Positions 1-13,235 of a stretch of 64,000 bases of DNA are shown here, in pieces. The notes beneath the pieces were generated by a model. That model saw nothing but the letters and a program-made list of their open reading frames with translations, ran no database searches and had not been told where the DNA came from. The stretch comes from the human T2T-CHM13v2.0 reference genome, Homo sapiens. Each line of letters opens with the position of its first letter. Positions within the stretch are counted from its first letter, which is position 1. Location: NCBI RefSeq assembly GCF_009914755.1, contig NC_060927.1. The stretch is one strand, 5' to 3'. A program made the translations under genes and the position numbers.

Positions 1-671
1 TATTCCCTGAATTCTACTCCATGGCTCAGTTGTACCACTTGTGCTACTCTAAGTAAGTATTCAGGTTAAATTGCTGGTGGGCGATTATCACTTTACTTGT
101 CATTTATCTCAGCTTGGGGAGTTCTTCATTGAAAGAGTCAACATAAAAAGTAACTCTCACAGCTGGGGAAGTTGAAAATATGTGATGAGATAATCAGACT
201 AATTGGCCAGGTCTGGTAATCAGTAGGTAACCCAATAATTTTGACATAGAAAACAAACAAGAGACTGAGTGGAGTAGGCTGATTTTTCCAACTAAGAAGA
301 AAATATCCCTTTATGATGGGGAGGCTGCTCTGGCTAGAGATACTAGAACATTTTAATTTCTTTGTATTACATATTGATTTCACTCACAGACTGTGAAACT
401 GGGTACAGATGGTTGGCTGAATTGCAGTACATCTATAATGTAGGCTAACGTACAGAAAATATGGAGGGAGAAAACTTGAGAATATGTATCACACTAGCCT
501 ATAGTGGATGTTTGTGTTTCATCCAATGAGAGTGTGAATGCATTGGCACTGCTATCACCAACAATAAAATGAAGGTAGAACTATCAACAAACCCCTCCCC
601 TCTCTTGATACCATGTCTCTCTAGCTGTAGTCCAGGCTTTCTTGATCTGTTATCAAAACAAGAAGTCATAG

Positions 672-861
672 CAGCAGTTCTCCATGTCTGATCCCTTATC
701 CAATAGCAGCAGCATCCCCTGGGACCTTTTTAGAAATGCAAATTCCCAGGTCCCACAGCAATGGACTTACTTAACTAGACGCTCTGGGAGGGGGATACAG
801 AAATCTGGGTTAGTAAGTCCTCCAGGTGATCCTGATGCAAATTAGTGTTACAGAATCACTG
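672..861 (+). mobile_element. MER5A hAT-Charlie MITE
   Basis: CAGCAGTTCTC...GAATCACTG termini; internal AGCAGCAGCATCCCCTGG, TTAGAAATGCAAATTC and CCTCCAGGTGAT match the recalled MER5A consensus. Confidence 0.8.
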
Positions 862-869
862 GCCCACAA

Positions 870-1018
870 CCTTGCTACTCAGAATATGGTTTGCAGAGCA
901 GCATCAGGGGAATCATTAAAAATGATAAAAAATGAAGAATCTTGAGTCCCTTTTTTTGTCTGCATTTTTAACCAGATCCCTAGGAAATTAGCATGCCCAT
1001 TGAAGTTTGCAAGTGCTG
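870..1018. mobile_element. MER5-family MITE (MER5A1/MER5B-like)
   Basis: CCTTGCTACTCA start; TCTGCATTTTTAACCAGATCCCTAGG and GAAGTTTGCAAGTGCTG end. Confidence 0.7.
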
Positions 1019-1621
1019 ATTTTAGTTATTATTCCCACCTCCTCAGGTCTGATTATACCCCATCTAGCTTCTGCCCGCTCCATTCCTGTGAAAATTCTCT
1101 CAGTACTGCCCAGTGACTTCCAACTGTGACAATGTGTGGCTGTTTTTCTGTCAGTGCTTGTGTTTTATTGTACTTCTCTGCTTCATTTCACAGAGCTGCT
1201 CATTCTCTCCTTTGAATACATACAACATATTTTCCTAAAAGCTTTGATTATTGCTTCTTTGGCTCCTTCATAGATTCATTTCCTTGTAAATGTTGCTAAC
1301 CTCTTCCCACCCTGCCCATCAACCAGGGTTCTATCCTTAGCTCACAGTTCTAATTCTGTACACTTTTTATTGGTAATCCCAATTAGATATTAATAATACC
1401 TAAATCTAAGTCATTGCCTGCTGTTTAATTACTTGTGAGACATTTCTACTTGCATGTCCTTCGCTGCAAACTCAACATTCAAAAAATTAAACACCATTAT
1501 TTCCCCTAAACTCCCTACTTTTACAGTCTTTCATTCACTTGGTGTCACTACCATCTATGCAGTCACTCGAATTAGAAACTTGGGAATTTATCTATGATTC
1601 TTACTTTTCTTTACTCCCTAT

Positions 1622-2080
1622 CAAGAATTCTAGTTGCCATCCAATAACTATTCTCCTCTTCTTTATAATAAAGAACCAAAATGTTTATTTGGGTACTTGG
1701 ATTAAAGCCTACATTTCCTAGCCTACCTCACAACTAGGCTTAACTATGTGTCTCAGTTTTGGCCACTGAAACGCAGGCAGAAGTATTCTAGGATGTCTTC
1801 TCTAAAGACAATGGGCACAATAGTTTTGCCCTTCCTTCCTTCTTCTTCCTTTAACATGAAGACAATGATTCAGACTCCAGCAGCCATTTTTGATAGTGAG
1901 GAGTAAGCTCAACACCAGTGAAGACACAACAAAGAGATGGAAGGAGCTGCATCCCCGATGAGAGTAAGAGCCAGTTCTAGACTGACTTCTTTTATGTGGG
2001 AGAGAAGTACACTTCCTTCCTGAGTACTAATTTTTTTTCAGGCTTCTGTTCTCACAGTTGAACTTATCCTAAGCAGTATA
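1622..2080 (+). mobile_element. MLT1-type MaLR solo LTR (MLT1J-like)
   Basis: CTACATTTCCTAGCCT, TTTTGGCCACTGAAA, CTCCAGCAGCCATTTTTG, GATGGAAGGAGC motifs. Confidence 0.6.
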
Positions 2081-2548
2081 AAACCTGTATCTAATTATCA
2101 CCAAGACTTACTGATTTTACCTCAAACTATGTTCCAAATCTATCTCCTTTTCTCTATGTCTTTTAACCTAGGCTTTGTTTAGACTCTAATCTCTGACTCA
2201 GATTGCTAAAATAATTCCTAACTGGTGTTCACATCTCCAGTTCTTTACCACTCAAATTCATCTGCCATTGAGGTGAATAATCTAAATGAAAATCTCATCT
2301 TGCCATTCCTTTTCTTATAGCTCTATTGATAATTTCCCTTTTTCAAAAGAATTGCTCTTCAGCTTATTTCCTATTAAATCCCTGTGCTCATTGTACTCTC
2401 CAGACATATGAGGCTTCCCAGTATTCCGTTGGATTTTTCACAGATCCATGCTGTTACCTTCACTCTAGAATGTCCCATCACACTTCTGCCTGGAAGGGAT
2501 AGTCTTAGTTATCCTTCAAGATGCAGTTTAAGGCTCCAGTTCCTTAGT

Positions 2549-2800
2549 CCAGCGGTGACTAATCATTTCAGTTCTGCACCCCATGAGCCAAAAATTAAGA
2601 GTATGCAACCAAAATTTAGGTATGTTAATTGTTTATTCAAAGTTGTATACTTGTAGTATTATACAAACCATTTATATACACATTATAAAATCTACACAAA
2701 AATAGAAATAAAAAATAACTACAAGTTTCCAAGTTTTATTTTCACTTCTATGGATTGCCTTGTGTCTCTTGGGGTAAGAGCACTAAATTTGGTAGACCAG
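2549..2800 (+). mobile_element. MER112-like hAT-Charlie MITE
   Basis: ACATTATAAAATCTACACAAAAATAGAAAT core with degenerate CAG..CTG-type termini. Confidence 0.55.
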
Positions 2801-2969
2801 TTTCTCTAATTTGCAATGTCTTCTAGGATAATCCCTACTGAGGCAGAATTGATTATGTTCTCTTTTATGCTTCTAAAGTAATATATATTTTTTGACCTCT
2901 TTCTTCTTCTGATTTACAAGACCCTTTAGGCAGGGGCTATATCTAATTTATTTGTATATCACAACCAAC

Positions 2970-3150
2970 TATTGTTTACTAGGAACCATTCTAGGTGCTG
3001 GGATTCAGCAGTGAATTAATCAAAGTTCCTGACCTCACTTAGCTTATATTTTGGTTGAGGGGGGGTGAGATGGGGAAACACAGGTGGAGAAACAAATAAA
3101 TAAATGTAAATAAAGTGCTAAGTGTGATAAGGTCAGTGAAGAAAAATATT
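2970..3150 (-). mobile_element. L2 3' end fragment
   Basis: CATTCTAGGTGCTGGGATTCAGCAGTGAA is the reverse complement of the L2a terminus. Confidence 0.55.
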
Positions 3151-3273
3151 ATAGTGAACTAATTTGAAATAGACCTAAGGCGAGGCTCTGAACAGTTGTC
3201 CTGTCCCTGTTTAACATAGCCATTTGAGACATCAAGTAGCTGTGTGGTTCTCCTCAGATTCTTAAAAAAGTTT

Positions 3274-3529
<256 letters not shown>

Positions 3530-3846
3530 CTATCTCAGCAGGAAGTGTGAATTTCTATCATTGTGATGAACCACTTAGAGAGGCAGGTTTATAAAACATC
3601 AGTTCCCCTTTCCCCATTGCTTCACTTCTTTTATTAGAAAACTGGGGCTACTTAGTTCTACCATTGCCTACATTAATCACTATTTACTTGGCACTTATCC
3701 TGCTCTGTTACTAAGAAGTTCCTCTCACCTACTTCCTAACCCTGTTCCTCTAATTTTTGTTCTGCACCAAGCCAGAATGCAAATCCTCCTCCCTAATATC
3801 TGCCTCGTTATTCAGTTCAGCAATGGGCATCTAAAAGGCCCTCTTA

Positions 3847-4157
<311 letters not shown>

Positions 4158-5084
4158 TGTTCTATCCACACCTCAACCAGTTCTTTCCCCTCTGTCCTTT
4201 CTGGGGAAATTTCTCTTTGTCTTCAAATCTTTTCTCAAAGATTTTGTTAGCCATTTGGCATTTTCTTCAGGGATACCACTTCTCTTCCAACTCTCCCTGA
4301 TGGAACTCGGTCGGTTTTTAACTCCCTGTCTCTTATGACCAGGAGAAGAGATCAGTCAATCCTTGCTTCCCTGTGGCTACTTTTAGTCCACTCTCCCATA
4401 GCAACATCTTCTTCATTAAGGTTCTTCCATTTGATTATATTATGTTCTTTCTTTCCTTTTAAGAAATCTACTTATATCTAGGAAACCTTTCACCTCCAAG
4501 TTCAATACATGAATCCCAATTGTTATTTATTTATTTTTGTCTAGCACATTTCATATGATTTAGTCCTTTGCAAGACTTAGCCATTCATACGGTTGGGACT
4601 TTATAATAAATGCCTTGGCACTGTATACCATACTTCTTGTATTTCTTCGAGTCTTGTTATTTCACTCAAAATTGTCACACACTCATGATCTTGAGCTCCA
4701 GATTCCCAACTGTGATCCTTCCTTTCCTTTCATTTCATGTGCATGCCCTGTTCCTTGTCTCTATGACCTCCAGGCCCTCAACTCATCCTTTTGCCTGTAA
4801 ACTCTGCTCTGGCCTCACCTGCCTCCCTCTCCATCCTATAAGGCATGGTGGGTTGTTTCAATTATGCACCTGCTGTCATTATAGAATGTCCTGCCTCCTG
4901 TGCTTTGTGCCACTTCTAAATTTTTCTTCTTCTACTTTTCCAGTCAATTATTTTCAGCAGATGGCTTCCTTTTCTATGCATTTTACCATCTCCCTCTTTT
5001 TTGTTTCCATTTTTGAGGAGGAGGCACTGTTCTTCCTCCCCGATTAAACTGTTGAACCTAGTCCAAGGCCTCCTAACTCACAGT

Positions 5085-5320
5085 AGTGTCATGGTGTTAT
5101 GGAGAAAACACGGCCTTCAACCCTAGCCTTACAAGTGTTAGAATTTCAGTCCCTTTTCAGATTCGTAGATGTCCTGGAGCAATTTGTTTAACCTTCCTGC
5201 ACTTTAGATTTTCTTCTTTAATACAAAATAATAACAACTTTCTCACAATGTTAGTATGAGACCTGAGTGATACAATGTAAATGTATCTTGCACAGTGTTG
5301 TGCCAAAATAGGCACTGGTT
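5085..5320 (+). mobile_element. MIR
   Basis: Degenerate MIR core (TTTAACCTTCCTGCACTTTAGATTTTCTTC...ATAATAAC). Confidence 0.5.
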
Positions 5321-5439
5321 TTTATCTTTCCCTTGGTGCTGTGTTAAGAATTCTTACCTGGGTTTCACATTTTATGTAAGCTCTCTAAGTTTTTTTGCTT
5401 TGTGTATATGTGTGTCTGCACATGCTGTACCCTAAAAAG

Positions 5440-6657
5440 CTTTTCTTTATCACTAAGTAGCAAGTCCCACGGTCTTTTCTCATTTCTAGGCTTCATTGAT
5501 CTCAAGGTCACATTTGACACTATTGACCACTCTTTTTTTATGTGTTTGAAAGTGCCACCTCCCTTGGTTTCCATAAGTTGCTATCCCACCTCTAACTGCT
5601 CCTGATTTCTTTCCTTGTCTGGTTCTTTTTCCTGCTGCTCATAACAAAAATATCCCCCTAAGATTAAATCCTATCTTTCTACCCTTTTCTTCTACAATTT
5701 TTTCAACATTCAGATTCCCTTCCAAGGCCACAACTCTCACCTCTGAAATGACTTCTTCTACCTAACTCTTCCCCAAGGTCCAATGCCAGATTTCCACCTA
5801 CTCATCTCCATCTGCATTTTCTAGAGATACCTTCATCTTTCTAAAACTGAACTCTTCATTTCCTCTCCTTAATAACTTCCTCCAAAAGGTGCCACTATTT
5901 TCTCAAAATAACCTTTTGCTCTTCCTATCTTGCCTTACATTTAATTAGTTGCCAAAATATATTAATTGAACATCACGACTTTGTCTTTCTCTTCAAAAAT
6001 TATTGTTCCCAATGCCATCCTTCTACTTCAGACATTTGTTACCTCTCCTCATACCTTCAAAATACATTCCTAGCTGGTCTCCCATCTCATGTCTAGTCTA
6101 CTTCTTTCCCATACGTAGTAGACACACTTAAAGACATTTCCAACTGAAAACACCTTGGTGGCTTTCTCTGCCTTCCAGCATGGCAGGTTCTCTATAATGT
6201 CCTAGGCTATTTCTCACTGCCTTATTTATTCCGCACTGCGTTCCTATTAATGACCTGCATTTAAACCAAACCAGAGTATTTGCCCTTTTTTAAACATGAC
6301 TTACCTCTTTCTACCTTCATTAATATATTTACAATATTCTTTTGGTCTGAAATGGCTTCCAGTTTGTGTTTCTAGTTTGAAATCCTACCCTGCTTTTAAG
6401 ACTCATCTTAAATCTCACCTCCTCCCTGAAATTATGTTCCTCATCTACACCTCTTTCAACTTTAAGAAATTCTCTTTTTCTTTGAGAGAGAAACTCAGTT
6501 CTTCCTCATATTGTAGTTATTTGTGTGCTTATCTACTGAGCTACATTGTATGTTGTCTAAGTGCAAGGATAGTGTTTTGCCAATCTTTTCCTCCCATTGG
6601 TGCTTAACACATTAGTTTGCTAGTAGTGTCTTACCACAAGTATTTGTTGGATTGACT
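5440..6657 (+). mobile_element. L2 LINE remnant (3' portion)
   Basis: CATTTGACACTATTGACCACTC, CTAAAACTGAACTCTTCAT, CCTAGCTGGTCTCCC and terminal GTATTTGTTGGATTGA. Confidence 0.65.
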
Positions 6658-8380
6658 TAAATCTATAGTACAAGCCAGTTTATTAAATGCAAATCAAGTC
6701 TGATTTAGAAAAAAATAGCAAAATTGTTGCTTGTTTAGGCTTTTTTTCTATGTAAAATAATATGAAAATCCATAAAAAGTAGCTTAAAAAAACAAAAAGA
6801 TAAGTAGCTGACCAAGAGCAGGCAACCAGGTAACATGTTGTAGAGCAAGAGGGAGAGAAAGATTATTTAGAACTCGGTTTTCTAAAGGATTGTCATGGGT
6901 GCAAAAAAAAAAATCACTTAATTTAGTAAACTAGTTGGCTTAAATTTCCCAGTAAGTGACAATGGGTTTCTAATTCAGGCTTTGGCTTCTTATCAGTTCC
7001 CTTTAATTCATGGTCATTCTAGTTCCTACCTGGTCTCTGTTGACCTACTCAGAATCATTACTGGGAACCAGAAGATGGTATGTAATTGAATTGGTATCGC
7101 TGCTGTCACCATCAATTTGTGCAGGAAAAAAGACTGAGGAAACACAAAGGCAGAAACTATAATTGAATTTGGTTACTCCAAAGGTAAAACACAGTTGCAG
7201 TTTCCAGAGAGCATGGCAGGTCAGATGGTGAATGGGGTAGGGGCTGAGTGAGATGGATTACCCCTGAGGGGATATGAAAGCTAAAGAGATGGACTTTGGC
7301 CAAAATTGATGTTTAGAAGTCACTAAACTCACAACTTTCTCAAGGTCAATTCTTTTTCTAGGCATTAAAATACAATTAACACTGGATTACGAGAGAGGTG
7401 TGGGTGGGGAATCAAGAGAAGTGGATTCTAGTTCCAATTTCTCCAGTAGAGGTAAAACAGTAAACAAATTATTGAATTCCCCTGAGCCATAGGCATCTCA
7501 TTTACAACATTAGGACAATAATATAATTCTTGCCTTTCAGGCCTGCTAAGAGGGCCAACTGACATATCTTCGATTGCTTTTGTATAGTGCTTCATGTTGT
7601 ATAAATGATGTTTGGAAGCCAAGTCTTATTATTATTATATGATCAATGCCTTATTTATATAATGACTAATCCTTTCAGTTAGCTTTTACCCATTACAGAA
7701 AGCATACCACAGAGAATTGGCTTACTCAAATTATGTTTATTTAACTTCCAACCTCCCATGAATATGCATTATCATGGCTGGGAATTTTACAGCCTTCAAG
7801 TGAGGAAATACAGAAGGGATATCTGCATGGCATCCTCATACTTCAGCATTTCTCTTAACACAGTGAAGAATGATGTTGACTTTGACAATAGTTTATCAAT
7901 GTTATTCCCCTGATCTGTGGGCTGGAGCTGTTATTTCTGTGACTTTGTTAGTGTAAATACTACTTCTTGAGGGGCTCATGTGACTGGACAGCTCACCCAT
8001 CATAGATTGGTTCTTCTCCATCTTGCTCTCTTCCACCTGAAATGTTTCCCTACCACTGCTTCTACTTCTTCAAACTTAGCTGCATTTTATGATATTCTAG
8101 AGCTCATTTAGTGTTCTATTCCAATTCTTGCCTCAATTAGTCATTTAACAGAAAGATTGTGAACTGCTAAAATTTTGTTCTTCTGTTTCATACATCTCTC
8201 AAAATGTTGAAAAGACAAAAGATACTCACAGGCTAATATTATTTTGTTTTGCTCTCAGAAATATTGGTATTTGAATATAAAGTTAAAAGTCTAAAATCTC
8301 AATGATGGTCTGGAAATCTATCATTTATTAAAGAGAGGCTTACCATATAAGCCTCTCTTATAGATGGCATACCATCTCTT

Positions 8381-8500
8381 TAAAAGAGATGGGATCTTGC
8401 TACGTTGCCCAGGCTGGACTCAAACCCCTGGGCACAAGGGATCCTCCTGCTTCAGCCTTCTAAATATCCAGGACTATAGACATATGCCACCATGCTCAGC
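8381..8500 (-). mobile_element. Alu left monomer (FLAM-like), no poly-A tail
   Basis: GAGATGGGATCTTGCTACGTTGCCCAGGCTGG...GCCACCATGCTCAGC. Confidence 0.8.
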
Positions 8501-10854
8501 AAGTTTTAGAGATCTTTCTAAAGGTAACAGGAGTCATACTGGGTGGTCTAAAGGCTGATGACCCTTTAAATTGATTGTTCTAGAAATCCATTCTATTTCG
8601 TGGCACATAAAATAGAAATAGGGTGAGGGCACCTTTGTTTCTTCCCTTTGAACCTCCCTATCTTTTCATCAGGACCTGTCATTTGACTTTGCAAAAGCCC
8701 ACTGATGAAGGCTAATGTGCTCCATTTGGACTGATTCAACGGTATGAATTTCCTTTGGTTGCATTGTAACTCCTGGACTGGAACACTCGTGATCGTCTTT
8801 GGCTCCTGTGGCTGCATTTAATTGCAGTGATCTTCCTGAACTGATCAATGGTGACAGTAGACAGATGTCCTGAGACTCCTTATTTCCCAGGATGAACTGT
8901 CATGGTGGACAGGCTCTCCATTGTTCATAGAATCTGGTTTGGATACCAGAAGCACAGGTCTAAAATAGAATTCTGAACTTTCCATTATCATGAAACTAAT
9001 GCCATAGAATAAATTGGCAAATCTGGTTCCTAAACTTACCTAGTTTTTCTCACTAATTAATGTGACAATTAAGGGAGAAGAGGTAAAATGGCAAAATGGA
9101 CATAATAATACTGCCATGCTTGTCTTAGTTACTGCAAGATCAAAGGGTCCACAAAACCATTTTGAAGAATATAAACGATCACTGAGATGCTAGGCACAAC
9201 TGTTTATTATACTTGCTTTGTATTATCTAGGTGTATGTTCTGGAAACTTCTCATATCATATCCTGCCTAAGTAGAAATTATTGTAGTTTATGCCATTTGG
9301 GTTTCATAGGTGAATACAGTTAAGGTGTACTTTACGGCTCTAGGCTATCCCAGGCAGAGGGATTTTTAACACTGGTCTCTCCAGTTTTATTGTCAGATAT
9401 ACATTTGGCCTGGTATGCATAATGTTCATCTCTAGGATTTAATAACCAGGTAATCAAGTTATGCCACTTAATTCTTTAGCAAATGACAATCTGAGTACAA
9501 ATCATTTCTAAATTGTTTCTCACATTAAATTAATCCAAAAGTAGCCTTGCTGATAATTCTCTATTACTTCTCACTTATCTTCCAGTTTAGGAATTCTTAA
9601 TTTTTCTAATGCTGAGGGCTCATGCTCCCTTGGGGTGCCTGGCCTCTGCTGTATATTAAGTCTGCCTGTGTTCTGAGCTTTACCTTCAGTGACCTGCTGC
9701 TAATTCTATGCTTTGAGCTCCTCAGAAGTATCTCATTAATCCTAGCAATAAAAAGCATTTTTATGCAAAGCACATTTCTGGGACCTAGTAACAATACAAA
9801 AACAATAATACAACAAGGATGATGATATTTCTGATCATCCAGTGCCTCCCTGCTTGGATTTGATAGCCTGTTTAATAAGCAGCATCAGAAGCAACAACAG
9901 TAGATGATAGAGGTGTTTTTAAAAAATCGCAGTGCATAGGATTACCCCAGCTAGTCCTGGCCTGGCTCTTTCTGCTAATCAAATTGGTGATGCAATCTTC
10001 CCCATTTCCCAGGAGGCCCCTCTCTCTCCATAGTGACGGAGAATACATTTGATGCTTCTTACCCTTCCCTAGATCCCCCCTATCCCTTTGAATAGCCACT
10101 CCTGCTAAGGAACCCAGTGACCCCATGGCATTTAGCTTCAGCCTGGTAGCCCGTTCCATCTTCTTTTCTCTCTTTCTGAATTGAATTGCAAATGTAGGCA
10201 TGCCTCAGTGAAAGCACTTATACTGTATTTCTGATCTGCGTCTTGACTCCTCTCCTCCTCAGGGACAGCAAAAACCCTGAGGAAATATAGTTGGCCTCAG
10301 TTAAGCTGGGCCTCTGATCAGATTAGCTCCCAGTTTAATAAGACTTGAGGTAGGCATCCGAGCTGTGCTCTCTCCCATTTCACGTTCATAGAAAGATCAG
10401 TGGCTGAAGGCCCTTATTCTGCAGATTGGGGCCTATGCATGTGATTTGGGGCTCTGTTTCTCCAGTTTTATCCTGAGGTTTAGACCTGAAGGAATATTTG
10501 TAGGTTTCAGAGAAAGAGGTTTAAAACATAAGAACTGAGAATGCTTACCTAAGTTCTAAGTTAGGTAAGGAGGGTGAGAAAATTTTGGACTCATATACTT
10601 TGGGATCCTGCTCACTCCTCTGAAGCATTGACCCCACACAAAACACACTTCTTTTGATAGCATAAGTTCACAATCCTTCTATCTCTTCAGTCCTCTGGCT
10701 TCTTTTCCTAATATGTAAAATGTGTTGCAATAACATAAAATAATTCTTAACTTTCCTCTCTGCTCCTGACTCCCATGAGGTCCTCAGGCCCTATAAAGGC
10801 TTCTATGGGCAAGATATTTTGAGGAAAAAATGACGAGGAGACCACAACATTGGT

Positions 10855-11770
10855 CATTCATTCAACTATTCACGCATTTGACAAACATTCAATCAGTGCT
10901 AATCAGACTTAGGCACTCGAGTTGTTACAGGAGGGGGCTCTCCCCTGCACCCCACTAGGAATGTTGGGTGATGGTTCAGCAATTATGGCATTGCCTCTCT
11001 AAAAATTATAATTTGGCAACACCAGGGAGAGTCCATTTCCTCATGGTCCATACCCGTGAACGTCAAAATGTTAATTGAATGCAGGCCCCAGGGAAAAGCA
11101 ACTTTCTGAGTTAAGAGACAAAAGTTGCAAGGTATGATGTTCCTGGAACACGCCATCAGAAAAGGGAAGAAAGCCTTAGGTGAGCATGCATATGACGTCC
11201 TAAACACACTGCCAGTGCTCAATTCCAAAAGGTAAGGAAAGCACTGTGCATGCAGGAAGACCACCCTAAGGGAAGAATCTTGGGAAAGCGGCAAGCCTAT
11301 AAAGTCCTAGGATCAAGCTTAAAGCCCCGACTTTTTTTTTTTTTTTTTTTTTGCTTCTTTTTCTGTCTTTGACCTTCGGGTGCCCACTTGGATCTCTTCC
11401 AAGGGTTCTTTTCTTTCTTTCCTATTCTAAAGACTTTTTAATAAACTTCCATTCCTGCTCTGAAACTTATCTCAGTCTCTTTTTCTGAGATAAAATTCAG
11501 AAAAAGAATTTTCTGAATTTCTGAGATAAAAGAATTTCTCAGCTGAATTCTTTTTTCTGAGGAGGCAAGGACTGAAGTTGCTACAGACCCAGACAAATAT
11601 GCAGCCAGTAACTTGGGATAACGCGATCTCTTCCAGCCATAACAAAGTGACTAAGCACAGTGCCTGACTGCAAAGAACTCTTAGTTTAGTTAGGGAGAAA
11701 AAGGATAATCATAATCCATGTGGTCACAAAAATCAAGATCCATACAAGGTATTATGGGAATACATAGGAA
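10855..11770 (-). mobile_element. L2 3' end split by the ERV1 LTR
   Basis: CATTCATTCAAC terminus at left, continuing colinearly after 11648. Confidence 0.5.
10923..11644 (+). mobile_element. ERV1-class solo LTR (LTR19/MER66-like; family uncertain)
   Basis: TGTTA...TAACA termini; 4-bp TSD GAGT/AAGT; CCTATAAA TATA box near 11297 and AATAAA near 11440; CTGAGGAGGCAAG..GTTGCT.CAGACCC U5 motif. Confidence 0.8.
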
Positions 11771-12319
11771 AAATCATAAGATTTATTACAAGAAGAAAAG
11801 TTGTCATGCCCTGTTTATAAGCTAAGAAGAACAGTAAGTGTCTCCACTTTTCTTCATCTCCTCCTTGGAGCCTTCGTTGTTAATCTTCCTGGCCTTCTCT
11901 GTGTCTTAACTCAGGATCTGAATTATGATCATTTTGCCTAGGATGAGGATGATAATTCATAGAAATTATTTGAAGCACTTTAAAGTTTGTGTTTAACTAC
12001 AGCAGGCCCTCCAGGATCCCAGCACAGATCCTGTTGAATCCGTCTTAAGATATTTTCCAACTCAAATGTATCATCAAAAATGGAGGTTGGCCCAACCAAG
12101 CTGATGTATCTGTTTATTTATATTAATGAAGAATAGGAAACCAGCAGTATTTCAAAATATTACTCATATCTGCTTTTGAAAATAAACCAGAAACCATGGT
12201 AGGAGGATTTTTTTTTTATTGAATGATTTCTTGCTCTTTGACTTTGTAAGCTGATGTAGAGTGTTACATTCTTCTTCAAGTGTGCACAAAGACCTTTTGT
12301 TTTTCTGGGAAAATATCAT

Positions 12320-12490
12320 TGTGTAATAGAAAAATATTGGATTATGAGTCAGGAGACCTGGAGTTTGGTTTTAGCTCTGCCATTAACTATGAAAGTGATC
12401 TTGGGTAAATTACTTAAATTCAGAATATTCTCTATTAAATGAAGTGGTTGGATAAAATGCTCCCTAAGTTCCCTTCCAGCCCCAATAGTC
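12320..12490 (+). mobile_element. MIR3-like SINE
   Basis: GAGTCAGGAGACCTGG...GCTCTGCCATTAAC...TAAGTTCCCTTCCAGC. Confidence 0.7.
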
Positions 12491-12581
12491 TTTGTTCCTC
12501 TGTGAGTCACCATGAGGGTGTTCAGTGAATGCATGTGGTTGACAAGAGAGGCATGTCACATAAAAAATTCATATAAGGATA

Positions 12582-12965
12582 TGTCATAGGATGGTTTCCT
12601 GGGAAGCAAGCTCTGAGATGAAGATTAACAAGCAGGTAGTTTATTAGGAAGTGCTTCTGGGGTCAGTCCCTATGAAATAGAAGGGAATGAAGCAGGATTG
12701 AGCAGAGGAACAAGTAAAGCTATGACACAGTCTCAGTGGAAGACACAGTTGAATCTTCAGAGGTGTCCTGAGCTGGGAAAGTGGGCTGGGCTTTAATACC
12801 TTTGTGTGGAGCAGTTATTGGATGAAACCTGGAATGAAGTGGCTCTCTTTAGCTTAAGGAATCTCCAATGGAGGCTGACAATTAAGGGCTTTATTCAGTA
12901 TAACTTCCAACAGCTGGAAGAATACATCCTTCATTCCTGAAGGATAATAATTGGTTTCTACCACA
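12582..12965 (-). mobile_element. LTR16-type ERVL solo LTR
   Basis: TGTC...TTTCCTGGGAAGCAAGCTCTGAGATG...GTTTATT...ACCACA. Confidence 0.7.
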
Positions 12966-13055
12966 GGATGTCTGTGTGCTGTCATACTCTATTGGGCATC
13001 AGTGGAATGTATGTGAAAACAACACAGTGTTCATGCTCATAAAATGTTTATTTGG

Positions 13056-13100
13056 CCATCTATCCATCCATCCATCCATCTGTCCATCTATCCATCCATT
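13056..13100. repeat. (TCCA)n degenerate microsatellite
   Basis: Visible CCAT repeats. Confidence 0.8.
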
Positions 13101-13235
13101 CTTTTATGACCATTTTTTCCTTTTTGGTGATCATAGAACTGAGTTGGTGATTTCTCTTACTAGCAAAAAGGAATCCTTGGTTAAGGAAGGAGATGAATTT
13201 ATTAATTCCCTTCCAATCTGAAGCTACCTTTATTC

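Larger units (their letters stand above)
1100..2960 (+). mobile_element. L2 LINE remnant, interrupted by an MLT1 LTR and MER112
   Basis: Degenerate colinear L2 motifs (GACATTTCTACTTGCATGTC, CAAACTCAACAT, CCTAACTGGT, ACAAGACCCTTTAGGGCAGGG). Confidence 0.6.

Noticed and set aside
4610-5047. 145-aa hydrophobic Cys/Phe-rich ORF
   Set aside because: Its composition reflects a pyrimidine-rich strand; no splice or homology support
8593-8959. Possible processed pseudogene or coding exon
   Set aside because: The reading frames I translated contain stops or give no recognisable protein; a faint CR1/L3 resemblance was too weak to call
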